A stretch of DNA of 64,000 nucleotides from an uncultured Candidatus Saccharibacteria bacterium (GCA_964639505.1 CAZXDL010000001.1:78490-142489); one strand, 5' to 3'; counted from the stretch's first letter, positions 47,384 through 57,204 are shown. Program-made: numbers and translations. The notes: generated from the sequence alone by a model not told the origin.

Positions 47384-47413
47384 TTTTGGAACCTCCACTT
47401 AATTAATGACATC

Positions 47414-47442
47414 ATCGTAACCTGACAATTAGGTTTTGTAAA
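47414..47442 (-). promoter_or_regulatory. Candidate promoter TTTACA-17 nt-TACGAT for the aquaporin gene
   Basis: Minus strand: TTTACA at 47442-47437 and TACGAT at 47419-47414. Confidence 0.4.
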
Positions 47443-47457
47443 GAGTACCAAAAGCTT

Positions 47458-48129
47458 TTAATGCCACCTCAACAGAGGTCTGAGGCTAAATTTACCTAGG
47501 ACTCGCCTAAGTATATTGGCCTCTTCTGCTCTTGGCGTGTCGAGGAGAGCAATCACACTAAGATAATCGTGAAATCCACGCTCCAGTTCATCCGAGCCAT
47601 CAATCATTAAATATCCAAGCTCGCTTTCACACCTTTTAATGAATATTTTGACGGCGCTTTTTAAATGTTTATTAATCAGATCATCATTGCTAACTAACTT
47701 GCGAACCGATCGGTTGGCTGACTCCTCGAGATATTTATCAACAAGAGTTAACTTATTTGGATATAGATCTTGGTTAATAATTGGTATGTCAGCAGAGTCC
47801 GGAACTGAACGTCGTAATAGGCTGCGTCCAAATACAACGCCTAGATCATATGTTGATTCAAATGTTGGTTGCGGATCTGTTTCGCCAACCTGCGCAGCCC
47901 CACTTATACCTCGATGATATCTAATGACGTAAGCTGCTGGGTCAAAACTTGGAAGTTCTTGATGTGGGACCAGCGTATCAAGCATAGCTTGACCATTCAT
48001 TCTGCTAAAATCTTTTAGCTGCGCTTCGATGGAAGCACGGTCAATAAAGCCAGTGACATTCTCTGGTGTTGGTTGCGTGCCTGCAGGGCCGGCTTCTGGC
48101 CCATTTTCTCCATTTGACGGAAGTAGCAT
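47458..48129 (-). CDS. Hypothetical protein (223 aa)
   Basis: Clean ORF with no motif recognised. An extended -10 TGaTATAAT (48147-48139) lies 9 nt upstream of the ATG. Confidence 0.55.
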   Translation of the reverse strand: MLLPSNGENGPEAGPAGTQPTPENVTGFIDRASIEAQLKDFSRMNGQAMLDTLVPHQELPSFDPAAYVIRYHRGISGAAQVGETDPQPTFESTYDLGVVFGRSLLRRSVPDSADIPIINQDLYPNKLTLVDKYLEESANRSVRKLVSNDDLINKHLKSAVKIFIKRCESELGYLMIDGSDELERGFHDYLSVIALLDTPRAEEANILRRVLGKFSLRPLLRWH

Positions 48130-48185
48130 AACTGTTTCATTATATCAAAAATTTTTAAGTATTGACAGATGAGCGTATAATTAAA

Positions 48186-48201
48186 TGTGAGTTATATCAC
48201 T
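48186..48201. promoter_or_regulatory. CRP-type palindrome TGTGAGTTATATCACT
   Basis: 9 of 10 half-site positions match TGTGA-N6-TCACA. It shares TGTGAnnTATATCAC with the box at 55773-55788 and lies in a divergent promoter region. Confidence 0.45.
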
Positions 48202-48222
48202 AATACATATCGCAAGGAAATT

Positions 48223-49134
48223 ATGCCCTCGCAAGAAACCTTAGGTGCTCAATTAGCAGAGCTAGGAGAAAGAAGTAGAATGGATACTGTTACGGTTCCT
48301 GTTGATCAAGACGAAATAATGCATGAAATGGAGCAATTTTATGTACCGGCCTCGCTGGAAGAGAACGATGTTTTCTGCGGGGATGAACGTGAACCAGCGG
48401 GTGTTACAGAACCATACATTCACTGGTTTGGCGGCATTTTAAAGCCAGTTTACAACTTAGCGATTCTAAAGGAAGCCACTCAGCCCAGCAGTGTGACAGA
48501 TACGTTTGAAGACCGAGTTCGTTCAACCATACCAGTTTTAAGAGATGTGGCAAAAGTAAATCCTGGTGTCCATAGCGACGACACATGTGAAGCAGGAGAT
48601 CAATTAGACATCGACAAAACAGATGGTGATGTTGGCTGCGGCTACGCCGACAAGCGCGCTGGCATAAGTCAACTGATCGCACAAACTGGTACTGATATTA
48701 TTAGCGACGCAATGACGCTACAGCCGGAATTGTTTGAAAGCGCTCAAGACTTCGAACACGCAAAGATGGTTGTGCGGGCTCATGCAAGCCTTGCCGAACG
48801 TGAAACCTTCTTTACCAGTGGCAGGAAGGTTGTTTTGACTGCTGTTGAACAAGGCTCAAAGTCGATGGTTGTAAAAGGTGCTCACGTGGGCGAAACCGGT
48901 GTAATAAACCGTGACCCAGCCAGCACGATTGATTCGGGCGAAGCATTCAAAGCCGGACTTCCTACATATAACCAAGATGCAGGTTTACTCGAACAAGTGT
49001 ATGATCGTATTCATCACCTGTATCCGTATGACAAACGTTTAGTGCAAATTGCCGAACTGATTGATACGATCGGCACAATGCGCGCTCTCGGCGTGAAAGA
49101 TATCGCGGTCCGTAACGCTAAGCAAGCAGCCTAG
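48223..49134 (+). CDS. Hypothetical protein (about 303 aa)
   Basis: The start is set to ATG 48223 (AAGGA SD at 48214-48218) rather than GTG 48187. No family recognised. Confidence 0.6.
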   Translation: MPSQETLGAQLAELGERSRMDTVTVPVDQDEIMHEMEQFYVPASLEENDVFCGDEREPAGVTEPYIHWFGGILKPVYNLAILKEATQPSSVTDTFEDRVRSTIPVLRDVAKVNPGVHSDDTCEAGDQLDIDKTDGDVGCGYADKRAGISQLIAQTGTDIISDAMTLQPELFESAQDFEHAKMVVRAHASLAERETFFTSGRKVVLTAVEQGSKSMVVKGAHVGETGVINRDPASTIDSGEAFKAGLPTYNQDAGLLEQVYDRIHHLYPYDKRLVQIAELIDTIGTMRALGVKDIAVRNAKQAA

Positions 49135-49558
49135 CGCTTTTGGTGGCGTCGGCGAAGACCAGCAACCTGCAGACGGACTGCTTGTCGATCGACCAAGCCT
49201 TGCGCATGTTCAAGACTAATCTGATCTTTGGCCTCTGCTTTCATCTTTTGAGCTCTTTCAAGTGCTTTTTGCACTTCTGCTTCATTAATATCATCGGCGT
49301 GGTCGGCTTCGTCTACTAACACTCTTAAAATATTGTCTGACACTTCGATTACGCCTCCGTTTGTGGCAAAATACTCACGCTGAGCATCCGTGTCTTTTGG
49401 ATTACGCCGGACCATAATTGCTCCAGTTGTAGCAACACTAACAAGCGGCATGTGGTCTTTCAAGACGCCGATTTCACCATCAAGTGTCGGCAACACTACT
49501 TCGTAAACGTCTTCGTCGAATTTCTTTCCGCTGATTGCAACAAGCTGGAAGTGAAACA

Positions 49559-49559
<1 letters not shown>
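49131..49559 (-). CDS. atpC: F1 ATP synthase subunit epsilon
   Basis: Position after atpD. Beta-sandwich N-terminus (LVAISGKKFDEDVYEVVLPTLDGEIGVL.DH.PL) plus a helical C-terminus. Confidence 0.9.
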
Positions 49560-50956
<1,397 letters not shown>

Positions 50957-50975
50957 TTAAAACTCCTTCTTTAGG

Positions 50976-51842
50976 TTATCCATTTAATGCTTCGGCGCCG
51001 CCGGATATTTCAGCCAATTCCTGGGTAATTGCGGCTTGGCGCGCAGTATTTAACTCTAATGTGTAATCATCAATTAGGTCGTTTGCGTTATCGGTAGCGT
51101 TTTTAGTCGCCAGCATACGCATCGCATGTTCACTGGCTAGGCTTTCGAGTACTGCTTGCCAAATTTGAGCCTCAATCAAACGTGTCGCCGTTTGCTCGAC
51201 GACAGTCTCGACATCGGGTTCGAAATTGCTAATCATCGACTCTGGGGTATCGTTTTCGATTAGCGGGGCAGGTAAAAGCTGCTGGTTGACAGACTCTTGC
51301 AAGACGGTCGATTTAAACTGCGTGTAAAGAATATTAACTTCATCAACTTTTTCTGACTTATAAAGGTCAATCACATTATTTAGAATTGGTTGAACTTCGT
51401 TTGCGCTGGGCTGATCACTAAATGGCGGATAGGCAGCAACAAGCTCAACGTCGCTCAGTCGACGGACAAACTGCGCGCCTTTACTGCCGATAGTAACCAC
51501 ATGACTTTTTACTTTTGCTTCTCGATCATGTCTTAATTCGGCGGTTAAATTCTTGAGCGTATTTGCGTTATAAGCGCCTGCTAGGCCGGTATTACTTGTT
51601 ACGACAACATAAAGCCGGCTATCGACTTTGCGTTTGCGAAATAGTGGCTGTCTAGAAACCTCACCCATGGCGTTCAATTTACGCAAAAGATCGTAAGCTA
51701 AATCTCTGTAATCACGGCTTCTTTGGGCGTACTCTTGAGCGCGACGTAATTTGCTAGCCGACACCAGCTGCATCGCCTTAGTAATCTGGCGAGTGCCACG
51801 AATCGAGGTTATGCGTCGTTTGAGAGCAATCGTACTAGCCAC
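50976..51842 (-). CDS. atpG: F1 ATP synthase subunit gamma
   Basis: IRGTRQITKAMQLVSASKLRRAQ N-terminus and NTARQAAITQEL C-terminus. Confidence 0.93.
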   Translation of the reverse strand: MASTIALKRRITSIRGTRQITKAMQLVSASKLRRAQEYAQRSRDYRDLAYDLLRKLNAMGEVSRQPLFRKRKVDSRLYVVVTSNTGLAGAYNANTLKNLTAELRHDREAKVKSHVVTIGSKGAQFVRRLSDVELVAAYPPFSDQPSANEVQPILNNVIDLYKSEKVDEVNILYTQFKSTVLQESVNQQLLPAPLIENDTPESMISNFEPDVETVVEQTATRLIEAQIWQAVLESLASEHAMRMLATKNATDNANDLIDDYTLELNTARQAAITQELAEISGGAEALNG

Positions 51843-51849
51843 TGATCAT

Positions 51850-53406
51850 CTACTCCTTTTCAGCCTTTTTAGCAGGAGTTACTTTATAGCTGGCGGCAAC
51901 GGTTTTGGCGACTTTGAGGATGGTTTCATTTTGTGCATCGGTTGGTTTGTCGCCAGTATCGATCGCTTCTATCAGTTTTGCTTGCTTGCTCTTTAGCTCA
52001 CGGTGCAGTGACTGCTCGGCTGCTTCGATCTTTTCAAGGGGCACACTGTCAAAAGCTCCTTGCGTTGCGGCATACAAACTACTGTACATTTCCCAAAGCG
52101 CATACGGCGTATATTGCGGCTGCTTAAGGAGCTCGGTTAGTCTTTGACCACGTTCAATAGTCTGGCGTGTTTCAGGGTCTAGATCTGTTGAGAATTGGCT
52201 GAAAGCAGCTAATTCGCGGAATTGGGCAAGATCCAGCTTTAAGCCACCGCCGGCTGCTTTAATGCCTTTTGTCTGTGCGTCACCACCCACTCTGGAGACA
52301 GATAGACCTACAGAGATGGCCGGACGAATTCCTTGGAAGAAAAGATTGGTTTCAAGATAGATCTGACCATCAGTGATCGAAATAACATTAGTCGGTATGT
52401 AGGCCGAAATATCGCCGGCCTGAGTTTCAATGATCGGCAGAGCAGTCAAAGATCCAGCACCTAGCTTGTCGGATAATTTTGCGGCTCTCTCAAGTAATCG
52501 TGAATGCAGATAAAAAACATCACCTGGATACGCCTCTCGGCCGGGTGGACGGCGTAATAGCAGTGACATCTGACGGTAAGCCGCAGCATGCTTAGTCAAA
52601 TCATCGTAGATAATTAAGGCATGTTGTTTGTTGTCACGGAAATATTCACCCATGGTTGCACCAGCATATGGCGCCAAATAGAGCATAGCGGCTGGGTCGG
52701 ATGGACTAGTAGCCACAATGATGGTCTGTTTCATTACACCTTCGCGCTTAAGCCTCTCCTGCAGGGCAGCTACCTTAGAAAGCTTCTGACCAACCGCAAC
52801 ATAAACGTTTATCACGCCGGTTTTTTGACGCGCCTGGTTGACCATAGTGTCAACCGCAATAGCAGTCTTGCCAGTCTGACGGTCGCCAATGATCAGCTCG
52901 CGCTGGCCTCGACCAATAGGTACAGTCGCGTCAATCGCCATAATTCCCGTCATCAACGGTTCATGGACATGCTTACGAGATAAAACATCTGGAGCAGGAC
53001 GCTCAACTCGACTCTTTTGTTTTGCCTTTATTGGGCCTAAACCATCCAAAGGGTTGCCAAGCGGATCGACTACCCGACCGACTAATTCAGGACCAACCGG
53101 TACTTCAAGTACACTGCCACTAAGTCGAACTTTAGCACCGGCTTTAACGGCTGCATCTTGACCTAGTAGCACGGCGCCGATCTCATCTTCACCAAGGTTG
53201 AACGCAAAAGCGGTTACTTTTTGTCCGGAGGCACCCTCGACTTCAAGCATTTCGTTGTAGCCGGCGCCACTCAGGCCATAAATCCAAGCGATGCCGTCGC
53301 CGACGCGGGTAACTACACCGACATTTTCAATTTCGGGGCGAGCTTTTAATTCGGCAATTGCCGATCGAATATCATCTGATAATTCCGTAATTGATAGTTG
53401 GGCCAC
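51850..53406 (-). CDS. atpA: F1 ATP synthase subunit alpha
   Basis: GDRQTGKTA, IIYDDLTKHA and REAYPGDVFYLHSRLLER. Confidence 0.97.
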   Translation of the reverse strand: MAQLSITELSDDIRSAIAELKARPEIENVGVVTRVGDGIAWIYGLSGAGYNEMLEVEGASGQKVTAFAFNLGEDEIGAVLLGQDAAVKAGAKVRLSGSVLEVPVGPELVGRVVDPLGNPLDGLGPIKAKQKSRVERPAPDVLSRKHVHEPLMTGIMAIDATVPIGRGQRELIIGDRQTGKTAIAVDTMVNQARQKTGVINVYVAVGQKLSKVAALQERLKREGVMKQTIIVATSPSDPAAMLYLAPYAGATMGEYFRDNKQHALIIYDDLTKHAAAYRQMSLLLRRPPGREAYPGDVFYLHSRLLERAAKLSDKLGAGSLTALPIIETQAGDISAYIPTNVISITDGQIYLETNLFFQGIRPAISVGLSVSRVGGDAQTKGIKAAGGGLKLDLAQFRELAAFSQFSTDLDPETRQTIERGQRLTELLKQPQYTPYALWEMYSSLYAATQGAFDSVPLEKIEAAEQSLHRELKSKQAKLIEAIDTGDKPTDAQNETILKVAKTVAASYKVTPAKKAEKE

Positions 53407-53409
53407 TAA

Positions 53410-53814
53410 TTAATCCTTTCCGGTAGCTGTTAGCTGTTTAAACTTGTTTAATTTGGCCTCGACGCTCAGGTCAAGCTGCTGGTTAGCCAGCGACAAACGC
53501 ACGCCGCCGATCACCTCTGGATCGGGTGATTCGGTAACAATAACTTGTTTGGCATTAGGATAAATCGACTTAATTTGCCGGGCAATGTCATCTTTAGTAG
53601 GCTGATCAAGCCTATGCGCACTGCTAGCAATCACCTCTACGATGCCTGCCTCAGCTCTGTCTGCCTGCACGTCGCGCATAATCGAATCTAGCTCGTTGAC
53701 TCGTCGTTCTTTTAGCAGGTATGCCGCAACTTCACGGCCAAGCTTAACGGGATCTTCGCCCTTGAGGGTACGACTAGAAATAGTGTTAGAAATGTCAGTG
53801 CGTGGTGTTTTCAT
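53410..53814 (-). CDS. atpH: F1 ATP synthase subunit delta (short, 134 aa)
   Basis: Position between atpF and atpA. The C-terminal VIGGVRLSLANQQLDLSVEAKL matches the OSCP/delta C-terminus. Confidence 0.75.
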   Translation of the reverse strand: MKTPRTDISNTISSRTLKGEDPVKLGREVAAYLLKERRVNELDSIMRDVQADRAEAGIVEVIASSAHRLDQPTKDDIARQIKSIYPNAKQVIVTESPDPEVIGGVRLSLANQQLDLSVEAKLNKFKQLTATGKD

Positions 53815-53815
53815 G

Positions 53816-54352
53816 CTAGGCGCGCCCCTTTAAGGCTCTCTCAATCAAAGCGGCATCTTTTTTAGCATCGACTTTTTCTTCGATGATCGCTTCTGTTGCA
53901 TCTGATATGAGTCCAACCAGTTCGCTCTCAAGCTGTTTGCGAGCCCGCGCCGTGTCTTGGGCGATTCTCGAATCAGCGGTTTCTAAGATACCGGCAGCTT
54001 TTTCACGAGCTTTGTCTTCGGCTTCACGCATAGTTTGGCGGGCTGTTTCTTGAGCGCCGGCAATCACGGCGTCCGCCTCAAGTCGAGCCTCGTGCATCGC
54101 CTTATCAATCTTTGTCGCTAGCTGCGCCTCTTCTTTTTGCATTTGCTCGCCTAGCTTTACGCCGCTTTCGATTAATTCACGACGCTCACCGAGCATTTTG
54201 ACTATAGGCTTAACAGCGTAGCGCTTCAGTACCAGCAAAGCCAGTACGAATGTTATTAGCTGGATTACGAAAGCGTGCGCGTCAACGCCAAGCGCCCCCA
54301 ATCCAGAGGATGAGCTTTCTGCCGCAAATGAATTTAATGGTGCCTGTAGCAT
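53816..54352 (-). CDS. atpF: Fo ATP synthase subunit b
   Basis: A single N-terminal TM helix followed by a long charged Ala/Glu/Lys/Arg-rich helix. Operon position supports the call. Confidence 0.85.
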   Translation of the reverse strand: MLQAPLNSFAAESSSSGLGALGVDAHAFVIQLITFVLALLVLKRYAVKPIVKMLGERRELIESGVKLGEQMQKEEAQLATKIDKAMHEARLEADAVIAGAQETARQTMREAEDKAREKAAGILETADSRIAQDTARARKQLESELVGLISDATEAIIEEKVDAKKDAALIERALKGRA

Positions 54353-54368
54353 CTATTCCTATCAATTA

Positions 54369-54599
54369 TTATTTAACAATGAACGTCGAAGCGAACGCCA
54401 AAAGACCGAACACCTCAATTAGACCAACAAAGATCAAAGCCTGTCCAAGAAACTTGGCTGCCTCTGGATTGCGGCCGACTGCTTGCAAGTAGCTGCCACC
54501 GACGATACCAATACCAATAGCTGGACCGATAAAGCCGCCACCGATCATGATACCTTTTGCCAGAATCGCCGTGTCCACAGCTTCTGCGAATATTACCAT
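54369..54599 (-). CDS. atpE: Fo ATP synthase subunit c
   Basis: Hairpin AIGIGIVGGSYLQAVGRNPE ... FVGLIEVFGLL with the carboxylate Glu followed by Val (H+ type). Confidence 0.92.
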   Translation of the reverse strand: MVIFAEAVDTAILAKGIMIGGGFIGPAIGIGIVGGSYLQAVGRNPEAAKFLGQALIFVGLIEVFGLLAFASTFIVK

Positions 54600-54645
54600 C
54601 TAGGTTACTCCTATTTATTATTTAGTTAATATTGACATTAAAAAA

Positions 54646-55491
54646 CTACCCACTAACACTCCCACTGGGCTTTAAGTCCATTGTTTCAGGAAGACTTTCT
54701 TCGGTCAAGTCTTCGTTGTGGTGGGCGGCTGTAGAATTAACGGAAATCGCAAGATACATCGTTGCTAGAATCGTAAATATATAGGCCTGCAAGGCGCCGA
54801 CTCCCATTTCAAGCAAGGTAAACGGCAGGGCAGTGATAGGGGCAGCAATACTACCTAGGTATGCAAAAACTGCGATAACGATTTCGCCGATCGTGATGTT
54901 AAGGAAAAGCCGAAGACTTAGGCTAAGTACTCGAGTAAGGTCGGTAAACAGTTCAATCAGACCAATCCCAAAATATAACGGATTGAGGGGGCTCCCGATA
55001 AAGAAGTGTCGGAAGTACTTGCGAAAGCCTCCAGCTTCACGAATCGAAGCCGTATAGACGACCGCCATAGTTATTAAGCCGATTCCGAAGGTCGCATTTA
55101 AATCACCCGTCAATGGCCTAAAAATAGGGTGGCCGTTTGACTGGAAGCCTTCGCCAACTATGGGCAACAAACCAAGCCAGTTATTTAGCAAGATAAAGAA
55201 GAAAAGTGTCACAAAAAAGGGCACATATTTGCGGCCCTTCTTTTTGTCATCAAAACTATTTTCGACTAGATTTGTAATGAACTCAACGCCGATTTCGACA
55301 AATTGCGTAATCCCGCCTCTAGGCTTGATTGAAACTCGTCGCGACACCCAGATTAAAAATGCAACGATCACAACAGCGCATATCCATCCGTATAAGATTG
55401 AATTAGTTATTGTGATACCGCCGATTGTAAAGACCTCACCGGGCGCAACATGGACGGTTGGTCCGCTTTCGGCAAAACGGCTGAGTAGCAT
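54646..55491 (-). CDS. atpB: Fo ATP synthase subunit a
   Basis: LSLSLRLFLNITIGE (essential Arg). Polytopic. Confidence 0.92.
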   Translation of the reverse strand: MLLSRFAESGPTVHVAPGEVFTIGGITITNSILYGWICAVVIVAFLIWVSRRVSIKPRGGITQFVEIGVEFITNLVENSFDDKKKGRKYVPFFVTLFFFILLNNWLGLLPIVGEGFQSNGHPIFRPLTGDLNATFGIGLITMAVVYTASIREAGGFRKYFRHFFIGSPLNPLYFGIGLIELFTDLTRVLSLSLRLFLNITIGEIVIAVFAYLGSIAAPITALPFTLLEMGVGALQAYIFTILATMYLAISVNSTAAHHNEDLTEESLPETMDLKPSGSVSG

Positions 55492-55754
55492 TATTTCGCG
55501 CCTTTCTTAGGTATTTCAATCTGGTTAGCAGCTTGCATGGTCTGCCACATAACCAATGCTGTGCCAGCCATCGCTAGTACAAATCCCGTGATTAAAAAGA
55601 CCGGCGACATATCAAGCCACTTATCTATATAAAAACCACCGATGATAGGCACCAATACAACAATAGCCAAACGCCAAGTCATGTCGAGTGCCATGCTTAT
55701 AAAGATAGAAGTTTGACTAGTAGTTTTCTCCACCCGTGGAGAGGTTTTACCCAT
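55491..55754 (-). CDS. atpI: AtpI/AtpZ-like small membrane protein
   Basis: 87 aa with two hydrophobic helices. First gene of the atp operon. Confidence 0.6.
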   Translation of the reverse strand: MGKTSPRVEKTTSQTSIFISMALDMTWRLAIVVLVPIIGGFYIDKWLDMSPVFLITGFVLAMAGTALVMWQTMQAANQIEIPKKGAK

Positions 55755-55761
55755 TGGTCAT

Positions 55762-55791
55762 ATTATAACAGATGTGATCTATATCACGCAA
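55762..55791 (-). promoter_or_regulatory. atp operon promoter TTGCGT-18 nt-TATAAT, 7 nt upstream of the atpI ATG
   Basis: Minus strand: TTGCGT at 55791-55786, TATAAT at 55767-55762 and ATG at 55754. Leaderless geometry. Confidence 0.6.
55773..55788. promoter_or_regulatory. CRP-type palindrome TGTGATCTATATCACG overlapping the atp promoter
   Basis: Matches 14 of 16 positions of TGTGATCTAGATCACA. It lies between and over the -35/-10 elements of the atp promoter, and about 55 nt upstream of the divergent redoxin gene ATG. Confidence 0.5.
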
Positions 55792-55834
55792 GATCACTAG
55801 CACTTTACAAAGTATAGTGCTAAAATGTAAGTAC

Positions 55835-56086
55835 ATGAGTGATACGAATATTACAGTTTATAGCGCAACATGGTGTGCATTTTGCCATGCGGCCAAAGAT
55901 TATTTCGACAAAAAGGGCATAAGATACACCGACAAAGATGTCGAAAAAGAGCCCGGTGCCGGCCTTGAAGCTGCGACCAAGTCAGGCCAACGCGGCATAC
56001 CAGTCATCGACATTGCCGGCGAGATAATTGTCGGCTTTGACCGTCCACGCATCGATGCGGCTCTGTCAGCCCACGGCCTAGCCTAG
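55835..56086 (+). CDS. Glutaredoxin/NrdH-like redoxin
   Basis: ITVYSATWCAFCHAAKDYF (CxxC) and GIPVIDIAGEIIVGF. ATG 55835 is preferred over GTG 55817. TAAAAT (55821-55826) is 8 nt upstream. Confidence 0.8.
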   Translation: MSDTNITVYSATWCAFCHAAKDYFDKKGIRYTDKDVEKEPGAGLEAATKSGQRGIPVIDIAGEIIVGFDRPRIDAALSAHGLA

Positions 56087-56100
56087 TCTATACTAGGTCT

Positions 56101-56670
56101 ATGGCATTTGAGGATTTTAAGACTAAAGAGTCTGTAGTCATCGTATATACCGGCGACAGCAAAGGTAAAACCACTGCTTCGCTAGGTCTAATGACTCGTG
56201 CACTCGGCAACCGTTGGAAGGTAGCTTTTATCCAGTTTATTAAATATTGGGGCGTAAGTGAGCACGTTTTTATTAGAGATATCCAGCCATTATTTAAAGA
56301 TCAGCTCTATTTCTATAAAGGCGGCAAAGGCTTTTATCAAGCCGGCGAGTTAAGCGAGCAGCATGTATCAGAAGAAGACCACAAAAAGGCCGCCCAAAGC
56401 ACTTACGCCGAAGCCCTAAAAGCTGTGAAAAGCGGCAAATTTGATTTAGTGATTTGCGACGAGATTAGTAACGCCGCACATGACGGCTTAATAACCGTTG
56501 AGCAATTGGCTGAATTGATCCAACAGAAGGCACACAATACTAGTTTGTGTTTAACTGGGCGCAACTTTCCTAAAGAACTTCTCGATAAAGTGGACATTGC
56601 TACAGAAATGAAAAAAATAAAACACCACTTTGACGACAAATTTCTCGCCAACAAAGGTATTGATTTTTAA
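56101..56670 (+). CDS. Cob(I)alamin adenosyltransferase, CobA/CobO/BtuR family
   Basis: VIVYTGDSKGKTTASLGL..RALG....V.FIQFIK and DLVICDEI are family hallmarks. Confidence 0.8.
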   Translation: MAFEDFKTKESVVIVYTGDSKGKTTASLGLMTRALGNRWKVAFIQFIKYWGVSEHVFIRDIQPLFKDQLYFYKGGKGFYQAGELSEQHVSEEDHKKAAQSTYAEALKAVKSGKFDLVICDEISNAAHDGLITVEQLAELIQQKAHNTSLCLTGRNFPKELLDKVDIATEMKKIKHHFDDKFLANKGIDF

Positions 56671-56685
56671 GCTACTGTTAAACTA

Positions 56686-57204
56686 GTGGTAATGAGTAAG
56701 CCAATTCTATATCTTATGGTCGGTTATCCTGGGGCGGGCAAGACCACAGTTTCAAGGCTAATTTCAAAAAGGACAGGTGCGATTCATCTCTGGGCAGACG
56801 CCGAAAGGCATAAAATGTTTGGCGAACCAACCCATTCGCACGAAGAGAGCGTTCAGCTTTACGAATATCTAAATCATAGGGCTGCCGAGCTTCTAGCAAA
56901 CGGGGAAAGCGTGGTTTTTGATACTAATTTTAATTTTGCGAGCGACCGCGATAAGTTAAGAGAGATTGCAAAGGCGCGAAATGCTGAAACAAAAGTTATA
57001 TGGCTAACAACCCCTGTAGAAGTAGCCCGCGAAAAAGCCGTGCACCCCCCCAAAATGCGTAACGGCTACATGATAGGCATGACTGAAGAGGAGTTCGATT
57101 CCATCGTTAGTAAACTCGAGCCCCCTGACAAAAATGAAAAAGTTATTAAAATAGACCGCTCCAAACTTGACGCTGATTCTTTGCTGCGCATACTTGGTAT
57201 CTAA
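56686..57204 (+). CDS. P-loop kinase (AAA_33/zeta-toxin-like fold)
   Basis: LMVGYPGAGKTT Walker A and VVFDTNF Walker B-like. Small size. ATG 56692 is an alternative start. Confidence 0.6.
   Translation: MVMSKPILYLMVGYPGAGKTTVSRLISKRTGAIHLWADAERHKMFGEPTHSHEESVQLYEYLNHRAAELLANGESVVFDTNFNFASDRDKLREIAKARNAETKVIWLTTPVEVAREKAVHPPKMRNGYMIGMTEEEFDSIVSKLEPPDKNEKVIKIDRSKLDADSLLRILGI

Noticed and set aside
48376-48588. CGDER ... GVHSDDTCEAG in the orphan protein resembles the beta-carbonic-anhydrase C-x-D-x-R and H-x-x-C zinc motifs. This is attractive because PEPC uses bicarbonate.
   Set aside because: The His-Cys spacing is H-x4-C rather than H-x2-C, and the protein is about 100 aa longer than beta-CAs. 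I cannot align the rest, so the support is too weak.
54369-54599. Checked whether the c-subunit indicates a Na+-translocating ATP synthase
   Set aside because: The carboxylate Glu is followed by Val, not Ser/Thr, and helix 1 lacks the Gln of the Na+ site (AIGIGIVGG, as in E. coli). This is an ordinary H+-type pattern.
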